From NCBI GenBank assembly GCA_963737265.1, contig CAVTRY010000007.1:224001-288000 (forward strand): 64,000 nt of DNA, given 5' to 3'. Both the position numbers and the translations under genes were made by a program. This DNA comes from an uncultured delta proteobacterium (lineage in GTDB: Bacteria; Myxococcota_A; Polyangia; Fen-1088). Each line of letters begins with the position of its first letter. The stretch's first letter is position 1. Shown here in pieces: positions 20,601 through 28,555 of the stretch. The notes under the pieces were generated by a model. That model was not told the origin of the DNA, did not search any database, and worked only from the letters and a program-made list of their open reading frames with translations.

Positions 20601-20701
20601 CAAGCCGATGAAGCGCTCGTCAATCCCGCCGCAGAGACAACGTGTAGAATCGAGGCAGCAACTTGGCGGCGGGCTTGCAGCTGAACGGCAAGGCGTTAGC
20701 C
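20601..20701 (+). repeat. attC site 1 (R'' end displaced by the intron)
   Basis: CAAGCCGATGAAGCG...CCCGCC...GGCGGG...GCAGCTGAACGGCAAGGC-GTTAGCC; imperfect palindrome ending in GTTRRRY-like core. Confidence 0.75.
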
Positions 20702-21106
20702 GGACCTCTCTCTGTGACCCTGTTCCCAAAACTGACGTGGACTGTAAACCCGAACCGGCAAGTGAATGCTGGTCTCCAATATGTCCCGATCACCCGAGAC
20801 CAAAGCATCTGCCCTACCGACCACGGCAGAAGCAACGATCCATTCATCATCGGCGTCGCGTAACCCAAGGTCAAGATGCCGCCGAGGCTTGGCGACGACC
20901 TGATGGTCGCGCAAAAGAGCCTCGATCTCGGCGACAACCTTGGGCGGCACCTTGATCCGCTTGAGCAAGGTCCGCTTGAGCTCGGTCAACACAACCTCGC
21001 CGGTGATTAGTTCATGTTCGACGAGGATGTGGCGCAGCAGGTCCGCGCATATTCCGCGGCTCGCGAACGCGCTGACCAGGATATTCGTGTCGAGAAAGAC
21101 CCTCAC
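20696..21106 (-). CDS. PIN-domain toxin (putative TA toxin), integron cassette
   Basis: MRVFLDTNILVSAF...E...RDADDEWIVASAVVGRADALVSGDRDIL; its stop codon lies in the attC1 core site. Confidence 0.9.
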   Translation of the reverse strand: MRVFLDTNILVSAFASRGICADLLRHILVEHELITGEVVLTELKRTLLKRIKVPPKVVAEIEALLRDHQVVAKPRRHLDLGLRDADDEWIVASAVVGRADALVSGDRDILETSIHLPVRVYSPRQFWEQGHRERSG

Positions 21107-21324
21107 GACACGGCCGAAAAGACGTCTTCGTCAGTCAAGAGTCCCCGAGCTTCGGCAAGCGGAAGGACCATATTCCGGAGGCGTTCGAAGCGAAGGAGAG
21201 ACAGTTGACGTCGAAGAGCGTCTCGTGCCAGGTCACTGCGCGTCCGCCCCGTCTGCTTCGCCAGGCGATCAAGATCGCGTTCCAAGTCGTCATCGAGCCT
21301 CAGGGTCAATGTTCCGTGCTTCAT
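21103..21324 (-). CDS. CopG/RHH antitoxin
   Basis: TLTLRLDDDLERDLDRLAKQTGRTRSDLARDALRR; GTGA overlap with the PIN gene. Confidence 0.88.
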   Translation of the reverse strand: MKHGTLTLRLDDDLERDLDRLAKQTGRTRSDLARDALRRQLSLLRFERLRNMVLPLAEARGLLTDEDVFSAVS

Positions 21325-21351
21325 GTGCTACAATGTAACACGCGATGGGCC

Positions 21352-21412
21352 GGCTTACCACCGATGAAGACGGGCGCTTGCGCGCCCGCAGCTTATCGGC
21401 GTAGCATCCGAG
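21352..21412 (+). repeat. attC site 2 (degenerate)
   Basis: GGCTTAC-CACCGATGAAG-ACGGGCGC TT GCGCGCCCG-CAGCTTATCGGC-GTAGC-ATCCGAG. CCGGCTTAC is complementary (one mismatch) to GTTAGCCGG, which opens this cassette. Confidence 0.6.
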
Positions 21413-21460
21413 AGACCAAACTTAGGTGTAGTATCAAAATTCAGTCGAAAGGAACGGGCG

Positions 21461-21832
21461 ATGAAGCGCAATGCATTCTTGCTTCCCGTGGTCATGCTCC
21501 TTGCGGTAGCAGGCTCTTGCACCAAGAGCAGCTCCTCGACGGTCGACCTGCGCGGCAGGCTGATCAACGCTCCCGAGGACTACTTCCTCGTCGTCTGTGA
21601 AACGGGAGAGCAGCTATGGGTCGACCTCTATACCCTCCAGCCCTGGTGGTCGCAAATGACCGCAGCCGTAGATGCCGGTGCCGGTCTTGCCCCGCCCCTA
21701 TACGTTGATATGAGGGCCAAGGTGGAAAGCAACGGTCCTTACGGACACGCCGCCAAGACAAATCGTGCGGTTGTGGAGGTCGAGGAAATGCGGACCATCG
21801 ACGCCGTCATTCCAGCAGACTGTTCGCAATGA
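21461..21832 (+). CDS. Hypothetical lipoprotein, integron cassette
   Basis: Signal peptide with lipobox AGSC; single ORF filling the interval between attC2 and attC3. Confidence 0.7.
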   Translation: MKRNAFLLPVVMLLAVAGSCTKSSSSTVDLRGRLINAPEDYFLVVCETGEQLWVDLYTLQPWWSQMTAAVDAGAGLAPPLYVDMRAKVESNGPYGHAAKTNRAVVEVEEMRTIDAVIPADCSQ

Positions 21833-21840
21833 GGCGGGCT

Positions 21841-21944
21841 GTCGAGCAAGCCGTTGCAGCTGATGTGGTCGCCGCAGGGACATCGTGTACAATCGCTGGG
21901 CCGGCTTGGGGGCGCCCACACCGCTGAACGCGATCGCGTTCGGC
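21841..21944 (+). repeat. attC site 3
   Basis: GTCGAGC-AAGCCGTTGCAGCTGATGTGG...CCACACCGCTGAACGCGATCGC-GTTCGGC, 104 bp, starting 8 bp after the cassette stop codon. Confidence 0.8.
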
Positions 21945-22018
21945 AGACGGCAGTCATCTCGTCTCGCGCGCGACGTAGCCCGTCGGATCGGCCTCGCAGC
22001 AGACTTGTTCCAACCTGA

Positions 22019-22411
22019 CTAGCCAGGTCGGGACGCACTTTTCTTTGCCCGAAACTTCACAGCGGGCAGACCTTCAAAGTCTGCATCCTGCGTCCACAAC
22101 GTCGCTTCAATTTGTCTCGCGGTCGCAAGGACGACGCTGTCGGCAAGGGCCAGCTTCGTGTCGGTTCCAATCTTTGCGGCAATCAGCGCCAAGGCCGAAT
22201 CAAGGTCTAAGACCCTCCCTTGTTGCATCACGGCTACCGCTTGAAGTGCGGGTCCCTCACCACGTTGCTGGCATACCCGTTTGAATACTTCGACCAAACA
22301 GATCGAAGGAACCATCAACTCATCGGTGGCCTCAATCGCCGGTGCAAAGAATCCTGCATTCGGCCCATCCGCGAAGTATTCCAGCCAGGCGGAAGAATCA
22401 ACAACGTTCAC
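22019..22411 (-). CDS. vapC: VapC-family PIN toxin, integron cassette
   Basis: MNVVDSSAWLEYF...EVFK...LADSVVLATA...LWTQDADF. Confidence 0.92.
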   Translation of the reverse strand: MNVVDSSAWLEYFADGPNAGFFAPAIEATDELMVPSICLVEVFKRVCQQRGEGPALQAVAVMQQGRVLDLDSALALIAAKIGTDTKLALADSVVLATARQIEATLWTQDADFEGLPAVKFRAKKSASRPG

Positions 22412-22614
22412 ACTCGATCCTTGTCGCGAGGTACCGTCGTGTTGATTCCTTTCAAGAAACCACGCATCTCGCGTGGAGATCGGACAGGAATGAACTCGAC
22501 TCGATCAAGGTACTGCAAGGCTTCCACCTTTTGCCCGGCCTTCAGCCCAAGGGTCTTACGGATTCGCAGAGGTATGACTACCTGGAATTTTGGGGATAGC
22601 GTGACCGTCGACAT
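22408..22614 (-). CDS. AbrB/MazE/SpoVT-family antitoxin
   Basis: MSTVTLSPKFQVVIPLRIRKTLGLKAGQKV; overlaps the vapC start. Confidence 0.9.
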   Translation of the reverse strand: MSTVTLSPKFQVVIPLRIRKTLGLKAGQKVEALQYLDRVEFIPVRSPREMRGFLKGINTTVPRDKDRV

Positions 22615-22673
22615 AATTTCCTTCGTACAACGATATGGTAATCTATCATTAGATCGTTGTACGATGCAGGGCT

Positions 22674-22710
22674 GGCTAACCAAGCCGTTGAAGACAGCAA
22701 GGCGTTCGGC
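22674..22710 (+). repeat. attC site 4 (internally deleted remnant)
   Basis: GGCTAAC-CAAGCCGTTGAAG-ACAGCAAGGC-GTTCGGC; both ends match attC1/attC3 but the site is only 37 bp. Confidence 0.6.
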
Positions 22711-22801
22711 AGACTGGCGCGACGCAGACTGGGCCCTTGGACAGGGCATCCACTCGCTTGCACTACCATATGCATACATGTGCCTCATGCCGTCAGAGCG
22801 G

Positions 22802-24109
22802 TCACGGGCGGACGAAGGCGTCGTAGATCGCGCGCAGGCCTTTGGGAAGATCGGCGGCGTCGACGCCGACGATGATGGACAGCTCGGAGGCGCCTTGGTC
22901 GATGATACGCACGTTGACGCCTGCCTGCGCGAGCGCTCCAAAGAGGCGCGACGAAACACCGATCCGGCGCGACATGCCGTATCCGACGGTGGCGATGAGC
23001 GCGAGGTTGCGCTCGACGCTGATGGAATCGGGATCGCAGGCACCGCGGATCTCTTGCAGCACGGTGTCCTCGACCACCTCGAAGTTTTTCTGGTCGATGA
23101 CCACGCACATGGAATCGATTCCCGACGGCGACAGCTCGTAGCTCACGCCCTTGGTCTCGAGAATGCCCAGCACGCGGCGGCCGAAGCCGCGCTCTTTGTT
23201 CATGAGCGTCTTTTCGATCTGGAGAATGCAGAACCCGTTGCGACCGGCGACGCCGGCGATGGGGCGATCCGCGGCTTGATTCTCGGGAACGATCAAGGTT
23301 CCCGCGGCGCTGGGATCGTTGGTGTTGGCGATGCGGATGGGAATGCCCACCTGTTTGCAGGGCAGGATGGCTTCTTCGTGAAAGACGTTCGCGCCGGAAT
23401 AGGCAAGCTCGCGCAGCTCGCGGTAAGTCACTTGTTCCATGGGCGCGGCGTCGGGAACGATGCGTGGGTCGGCCATGAGCAGGCCAGAAACGTCGGTCCA
23501 GTTCTCGTACAGCGTGGCAGCCGCGGCGCGGGCGAGAATGGCGCCTGAAATGTCCGAGCCGCCGCGCGAGAAGGTCTTGACCTTGCCCTGCGGTCCCGTG
23601 CCGTAAAAGCCGGGAAGCACGAAAATTCCTTGCCCCGGAAGATGGCCGGGTAGCTCCTTCCAGGTCCGCTCGTCGACGAGGCCGTTCGAGGTCAGAAAGA
23701 CCGTGCCTTCGGCTTCGACGAAAGTGCCGCGCAAATATGCCGCCATGATGCGCGCCGAGAAATGTTCGCCACGCGAGGCAATCCAATCGCGGTCGGCACC
23801 CGCGCGCACGGCCTTTTCCAACGAATCGATGAGCGCGGACATCCCGGCATCGACCGAAAGGTCGCGCTCAATCTCAAGGAAGCGTCCACGCAAGAGCGCA
23901 ATCGAAGGCCCAGGATCCATGTCGCGCGAAACCATCTCGTGGATGGAGAGGAGAATGTCGGTGACCTTGGGATCCTGCTTGTGCCGCTTGCCCGGCGCGG
24001 AAACCACGACCGCACGTCGTCGCGCATCGGAGCGGATGATGTCCGCAACCTTGCGGAACTGAGCGGCATCGGCAAGGGAAGTTCCCCCGAACTTGCAGGC
24101 AATGGTCAT
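22802..24109 (-). CDS. lysC: Aspartate kinase
   Basis: CKFGGTSLADA, VVVSAPGKR, SRGE, TFSRGGSDISGA, ENWTDVSG...DPRIV, C-terminal ACT domains. Confidence 0.93.
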   Translation of the reverse strand: MTIACKFGGTSLADAAQFRKVADIIRSDARRRAVVVSAPGKRHKQDPKVTDILLSIHEMVSRDMDPGPSIALLRGRFLEIERDLSVDAGMSALIDSLEKAVRAGADRDWIASRGEHFSARIMAAYLRGTFVEAEGTVFLTSNGLVDERTWKELPGHLPGQGIFVLPGFYGTGPQGKVKTFSRGGSDISGAILARAAAATLYENWTDVSGLLMADPRIVPDAAPMEQVTYRELRELAYSGANVFHEEAILPCKQVGIPIRIANTNDPSAAGTLIVPENQAADRPIAGVAGRNGFCILQIEKTLMNKERGFGRRVLGILETKGVSYELSPSGIDSMCVVIDQKNFEVVEDTVLQEIRGACDPDSISVERNLALIATVGYGMSRRIGVSSRLFGALAQAGVNVRIIDQGASELSIIVGVDAADLPKGLRAIYDAFVRP

Positions 24110-24241
24110 GGCTTCCTTACTTCCCCGATCCGCAGCGGGGAAGCAAGCCCCAAACCGAGCGCTGTGGGCATCTCGGCGCGCGCCTGCTCGCGCAACGATC
24201 AACCGGTGTTTCCGACAAGCGTTTCGGAGAGGCGCTTCGGA

Positions 24242-24283
24242 CAAGCGCTTCCGTCCAGTGTTGCCTCCTGGCGGAAGCGCTTG
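24242..24283. terminator. Stem-loop downstream of the hsp20 pair
   Basis: CAAGCGCTTCCG...CGGAAGCGCTTG, a perfect 12-bp inverted repeat; no clear U-tract. Confidence 0.35.
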
Positions 24284-24301
24284 GCAGATGCGGTAGCCAC
24301 G

Positions 24302-24712
24302 CTAGTTCGTTTTCACGGCGATCTGCCGCGGCTTCGCGTGCTCCAGCTTCGGCAGCTCGAGGCGGAGGACGCCACTTGTCAGCTTGGCGTCGATCTTCGC
24401 TTGGTCGATTACTTCCGACAGAGTGAACTGACGGAAGAACGTGCCCGCTTGGTACTCGCGCAGAACGCTCGTCTCGCTGGCGGATTCGGGTGCGTCGATG
24501 TGGGCGCTCAACGTCAGCACGTCTTCGCGCAAGTCGATCTTGAGGCCCTCTGCCTTTACGCCCGGCATGTCGGCGAGCACGGTGATGCAGTTGTCGTTCT
24601 CGAAAATATCGACCGCCGGTAGGTAGACCGGCCCGGGGCGCGTCTGTTCGGGAACGGCCGGTACGCCTGTCTTCTCGGTCTTCTGCAAGTCTTTATTGGA
24701 TTCCTTGAACAT
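24302..24712 (-). CDS. Small heat-shock protein Hsp20
   Basis: PAVDIFE...ADMPGV...FFRQFTLSEVIDQAKIDAKLTSGVLRLELPK...RQIAV. Confidence 0.93.
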   Translation of the reverse strand: MFKESNKDLQKTEKTGVPAVPEQTRPGPVYLPAVDIFENDNCITVLADMPGVKAEGLKIDLREDVLTLSAHIDAPESASETSVLREYQAGTFFRQFTLSEVIDQAKIDAKLTSGVLRLELPKLEHAKPRQIAVKTN

Positions 24713-24762
24713 GGCGACTCCTCCTGATTCAAAACGATTCTGTAGTTCCGCCTTAGTTCCGC

Positions 24763-25230
24763 CTATGCCTTCACCACGATCTGCCGTGGCTTGGCCGCTT
24801 CCGCCTTGGGCAGCGTAAGTGTCAGCACACCGTCGATGTAGCGTGCCTCGACGCGATCCGCGGCTACCTCTCCGGGCAGGGTCACGGTGCGGCTGAATTC
24901 TCCCTCGGCGCGCTCCTTGCGATGGTAGCTGACGCCGTTCTGTTCCTGCGCGATTTCGCGCTTTCCCGAAATTGATACGCGATTGCGAAGCGCGGAGATC
25001 GAGAGGGCCTCGGCCTTCACGCCCGGGATTTCAGCACGCACGTAGAAATGGTTGTTGTCTTGGGTAACGTTCATGGGTGGGAAAACTCCCGCCGCGATCT
25101 CGCTCGATGTGTCCGCGCCCGACAGCGTGTCGAACACGCGCAGCATTTCACGCCGTAGCTGATCGAATTCGGCGAAGGGGTTTTCGAAGGCTGGCCTCGA
25201 AGGCCAAACTCTCTTGAAAAGCATGGTCAT
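24763..25230 (-). CDS. Small heat-shock protein Hsp20
   Basis: FPPMNV...RAEIPGV...YHRKERAEGEFSRTVTLP...ARYIDGVLTLTLPK. Confidence 0.93.
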   Translation of the reverse strand: MTMLFKRVWPSRPAFENPFAEFDQLRREMLRVFDTLSGADTSSEIAAGVFPPMNVTQDNNHFYVRAEIPGVKAEALSISALRNRVSISGKREIAQEQNGVSYHRKERAEGEFSRTVTLPGEVAADRVEARYIDGVLTLTLPKAEAAKPRQIVVKA

Positions 25231-25267
25231 CCTCCTCGGTTGGTTGTTCGAACTGCCTGGATAATTC

Positions 25268-25309
25268 GGCTTCGTGAAGGTTAAGTAACCACCTTCAAAA
25301 AGCCGTCAA
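25268..25309 (-). promoter_or_regulatory. hsp20 promoter overlapped by an inverted repeat
   Basis: TTGACG-N16-TACTTA on the minus strand; GGCTT..TGAAGGT / ACCTTCA..AAGCC palindrome. Confidence 0.4.
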
Positions 25310-25340
25310 GGGGTCCGAATTCCGCTGGTGACGGACCGCG

Positions 25341-26879
25341 CTACCCATGCAGAAAGGTCAGCGACTTGGCGGTCCAGTCGATGATGGGCGTCCACCACAG
25401 GCCGAACAGGATCAGCGCGGCCGAGAAAGTGCCGAGCATGATTTGATAACCGATGCGCGGGCGCACGATGAGCTCGCCCGCGGGTTCGTCGAGGAACATG
25501 GCACGCACGATGCGCAGGTAGTAATAGAGCGAAACGGCAGTGTTGAGGGCGGCGATGACGGCGAGCACCACGTACCAGCCACCGCCCTCTTCGGAATAGT
25601 GGTTCAGCACGGCCACGAACAGGTACCACTTGCCGGCAAAGCCGGCCAAGGGCGGCAGGCCGGTGAGCGAGAAGAGAAACACGGCAAGGCTGATGGCCAG
25701 TAGAGGATGGCGGCGCACCAGGCCCTTGCAATCGGCGACGGTTTCCGAACCCGTGGCCTGGCCGATGGCGATGACGGCGAGAAAGGCTCCGAGGTTCATC
25801 ACGAGATAGACCAGCAGGTAGATCATCACGCTCTGCACGCCGAGCAGCGACGCCGCCGAAAGCCCCATGAGGGCGTAGCCCGCGTGCGAGATGGACGAGT
25901 AGGCGAGCAGGCGCTTGAGGTTGTTCTGGTGAAGCGCGGTGAAATTGCCGAGGGTCATGGTGACCGCGGCGAGCACGCCCACGATGGCGGGCCAGGGCAC
26001 ATCGTTGAGCCCGCGGGCAACGCCTTCGGCTCCGGCGGAACTGGCAAGCGAGCTGTAGAGGACGCGAATGGCGAGCGCGAATCCAGCTGCCTTCGGACCC
26101 ACGGAAAGAAAGGCCGTGAAGGGTGTCGGCGCGCCTTCGTAGACATCGGGACACCACATGTGCCAAGGCACGGCGGCGATCTTGTAGCCGATCCCGCATA
26201 GCACGAAGATGACGGAGACAATAAAGGCCAAGCGCAAGGCGGCCTGACTGCCCGCCACCGCCGGCATGGCGAGGGCGTCGAGGCGCGCGCCGAGACCGAG
26301 TAGGCTGGTGCTGCCAGTCAGGCCATAGATGTACGAAAGACCGAAGAGCATGATGCCGGAGGCGACGCCACCGTAGATAACGTATTTGAGCGAAGCCTCG
26401 GCGGCGCGCCGGTCGCCAGGTTTGTAACCGGCAAGGGCATAGCTCGGCAGCGAAACCATCTCGACCGCGAGGTAGAGCATGAGCAGGTCGGTCGAGCTGG
26501 CCATCAGAAACATGCCGAGCACCACCGACAGCAGCAGGGCGTAGAACACGCCGATGCGCTGCCGCCCGAAATCTCCGGAGCCTGCGGCGATGAGAACGGT
26601 CAGGGCGCCTGCGGCCAGGAACAACCACTTGAAGAAGGTCGCGAAGGGATCGCTGGCAATCATGCCGTTGAACATCGCCCGGCTTTCGACGTGCTGAAAG
26701 ACGAGGCAACCAGCCGCGACGGCAAGACACGTCAGCGCGCCGAGAGTCAGGAAGAGGACGCGATGGCGGCTTTTCTTCCAACCCAAATCGAGGAGCAAGA
26801 GCAACAGAACGCCCGCGGTCAGGACCAATTCGGGCCTGAACCAGGACGCGCTCGCGAGGTTGAATTGGGTAGTGGTCAT
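25341..26879 (-). CDS. nuoN: NADH-quinone oxidoreductase subunit N
   Basis: EASLKYVIYG, YKIAAVPWHMWCPDVYEGAPTP, KRLLAYSSISHAGY, SLTGLPPLAGFAGK. Confidence 0.95.
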   Translation of the reverse strand: MTTTQFNLASASWFRPELVLTAGVLLLLLLDLGWKKSRHRVLFLTLGALTCLAVAAGCLVFQHVESRAMFNGMIASDPFATFFKWLFLAAGALTVLIAAGSGDFGRQRIGVFYALLLSVVLGMFLMASSTDLLMLYLAVEMVSLPSYALAGYKPGDRRAAEASLKYVIYGGVASGIMLFGLSYIYGLTGSTSLLGLGARLDALAMPAVAGSQAALRLAFIVSVIFVLCGIGYKIAAVPWHMWCPDVYEGAPTPFTAFLSVGPKAAGFALAIRVLYSSLASSAGAEGVARGLNDVPWPAIVGVLAAVTMTLGNFTALHQNNLKRLLAYSSISHAGYALMGLSAASLLGVQSVMIYLLVYLVMNLGAFLAVIAIGQATGSETVADCKGLVRRHPLLAISLAVFLFSLTGLPPLAGFAGKWYLFVAVLNHYSEEGGGWYVVLAVIAALNTAVSLYYYLRIVRAMFLDEPAGELIVRPRIGYQIMLGTFSAALILFGLWWTPIIDWTAKSLTFLHG

Positions 26880-26886
26880 GCGTTTC

Positions 26887-28536
26887 TCACAGCGGTTTGA
26901 TGCCAGCAATAAGCTGGATCAGGGCTGGATTGATGACGCTCAGGATGGCTTGCGGGTAGAAGCCGAGCCCGATGGCGATGGCGCCGAGCGGATAGAGCAC
27001 GATGCGCTCGCGCCAGTTAAGGTCGGGGTAGTCTTTGTAGATGGGATTGAGCTTGCCGAGGAAGGCGCGGTGGATGGCCCACAGGTAATAGGCCGCGGTG
27101 ATGATGACCGCGGTTGCCGAGATGGCGGTGAACAGCATGTAGGTTGGGAACGAGCCCGACAGAACCAGGAACTCGGACACGAAGCCGCACATGCCGGGCA
27201 GACCGAGCGACGCGAAGAAAGCGAGTCCCGTCATCGCGGTGTATTCGGGCATGGCCGCGGCGAGACCGCCGAAGCGGCCGATCTCGCGGTGGTGGGCGCG
27301 GTCGTAGATCACGCCCACGATAAGGAAGAGCATGGGCGAAACGATGCCGTGGGAGAACATGTTGAACACGGCACCCGAGATGCCCGCCGGGGTCATGGCC
27401 GCCATGCCGAGCAGGGTGAAGCCCATGTGGCTCACCGACGAGTAGGCGATGAGCTTCTTGAGATCGCTCTGCGCCAGACACACGAAGGCGGCGTAGACGA
27501 TGTTGATGACGCCGAAAAGCGCGATGGCGTTGGCAGCCCAAGCGGTGGCGTCGGGCAGAAGCGGGTAGTTGAAGCGCAAGATGCCGTAAGGACCCATCTT
27601 CAGGAGCACGCCGGCCAGGATAACCGAGACGGGCGTGGGCGCCTCGACGTGCGCGTCGGGCAACCACGTATGGAACGGGAACATGGGGATCTTGATGGCG
27701 AAGCCGATGAAGAGCGCGATGAACGCGATCTTGCTGAAGGCGAAGCCGAACACGGCGGCCGAATGCGCGAATACGCCCTCGTGCCCTTGGGTCGCCAAGG
27801 CGAGCAGGTTGAAGGTGTGGCCGCTCGACATGGTGCCATCGGCGAGGGGCGCGGCGTGGCTGTTGTAGTAGATGCCGATGATCGCCAGCAGCATCAGCAC
27901 CGAGCCCACCAAGGTGTAGAGAAAGAACTTGATGGCGGCGTATTCCTTGCGCGGCCCGCCCCAGATGCCGATGAGGAAATACATCGGCAACAGCATCACC
28001 TCCCAGAACACGTAGAACAGGAACATGTCGAGCGAGACGAAGGTGCCCATCATACCGGTCTGGAGCAGCAGCAGCATGCACATGTAGCCCGGCACCATGC
28101 GCACCGAGAAGTGTTTCGGGTGGTGGCCGTCGTCATGCCCATGTTCGGTCATGCCGGCCATCTCGCTGTACTTGGCGCCGCCCCACCACGGCATGGAAGC
28201 GATGAAGGCGACGACCGAAATGATGCCGGTGAGGAGCACCATCGACACCGACAGGCCATCGACGCCCATCAGGTACTCGATGTTGAAGGTCTTGATCCAG
28301 GTGAAATGTTGGACCATTTGAACGCCCGACTTGGCCGGGTCGAACCACACCCACACCAGGATCGAACAGATCAGCGACAGGCCGCTGGCAGCAAGCCCCA
28401 CGATGCGCGCAAGCTGATCGAGCGCATGGCGAGAAAGGCCCAGGAAATAGCGGGCAGCGGTGAACAGGAGGATCACCGCCAACCCGATGAGCGGGAAGAA
28501 AGTGGCCCAGGAGAGGACGTTCTGTTGGCTGATCAT
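26887..28536 (-). CDS. nuoM: NADH-quinone oxidoreductase subunit M
   Basis: GVDGLS, FYVFWEVMLLPMY, AAIKFFLYT, KIPMFPFHTWLPDAHVEAPT, KKLIAYSSVSHMG. Confidence 0.95.
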   Translation of the reverse strand: MISQQNVLSWATFFPLIGLAVILLFTAARYFLGLSRHALDQLARIVGLAASGLSLICSILVWVWFDPAKSGVQMVQHFTWIKTFNIEYLMGVDGLSVSMVLLTGIISVVAFIASMPWWGGAKYSEMAGMTEHGHDDGHHPKHFSVRMVPGYMCMLLLLQTGMMGTFVSLDMFLFYVFWEVMLLPMYFLIGIWGGPRKEYAAIKFFLYTLVGSVLMLLAIIGIYYNSHAAPLADGTMSSGHTFNLLALATQGHEGVFAHSAAVFGFAFSKIAFIALFIGFAIKIPMFPFHTWLPDAHVEAPTPVSVILAGVLLKMGPYGILRFNYPLLPDATAWAANAIALFGVINIVYAAFVCLAQSDLKKLIAYSSVSHMGFTLLGMAAMTPAGISGAVFNMFSHGIVSPMLFLIVGVIYDRAHHREIGRFGGLAAAMPEYTAMTGLAFFASLGLPGMCGFVSEFLVLSGSFPTYMLFTAISATAVIITAAYYLWAIHRAFLGKLNPIYKDYPDLNWRERIVLYPLGAIAIGLGFYPQAILSVINPALIQLIAGIKPL

Positions 28537-28555
28537 GAGCGCATTACCCCGGTCG

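Noticed and set aside
24110-24300. Lysine riboswitch upstream of lysC
   Set aside because: Hairpins are present, but the conserved AGAGGUGC and related core motifs were not recognisable; an Rfam scan would settle it.
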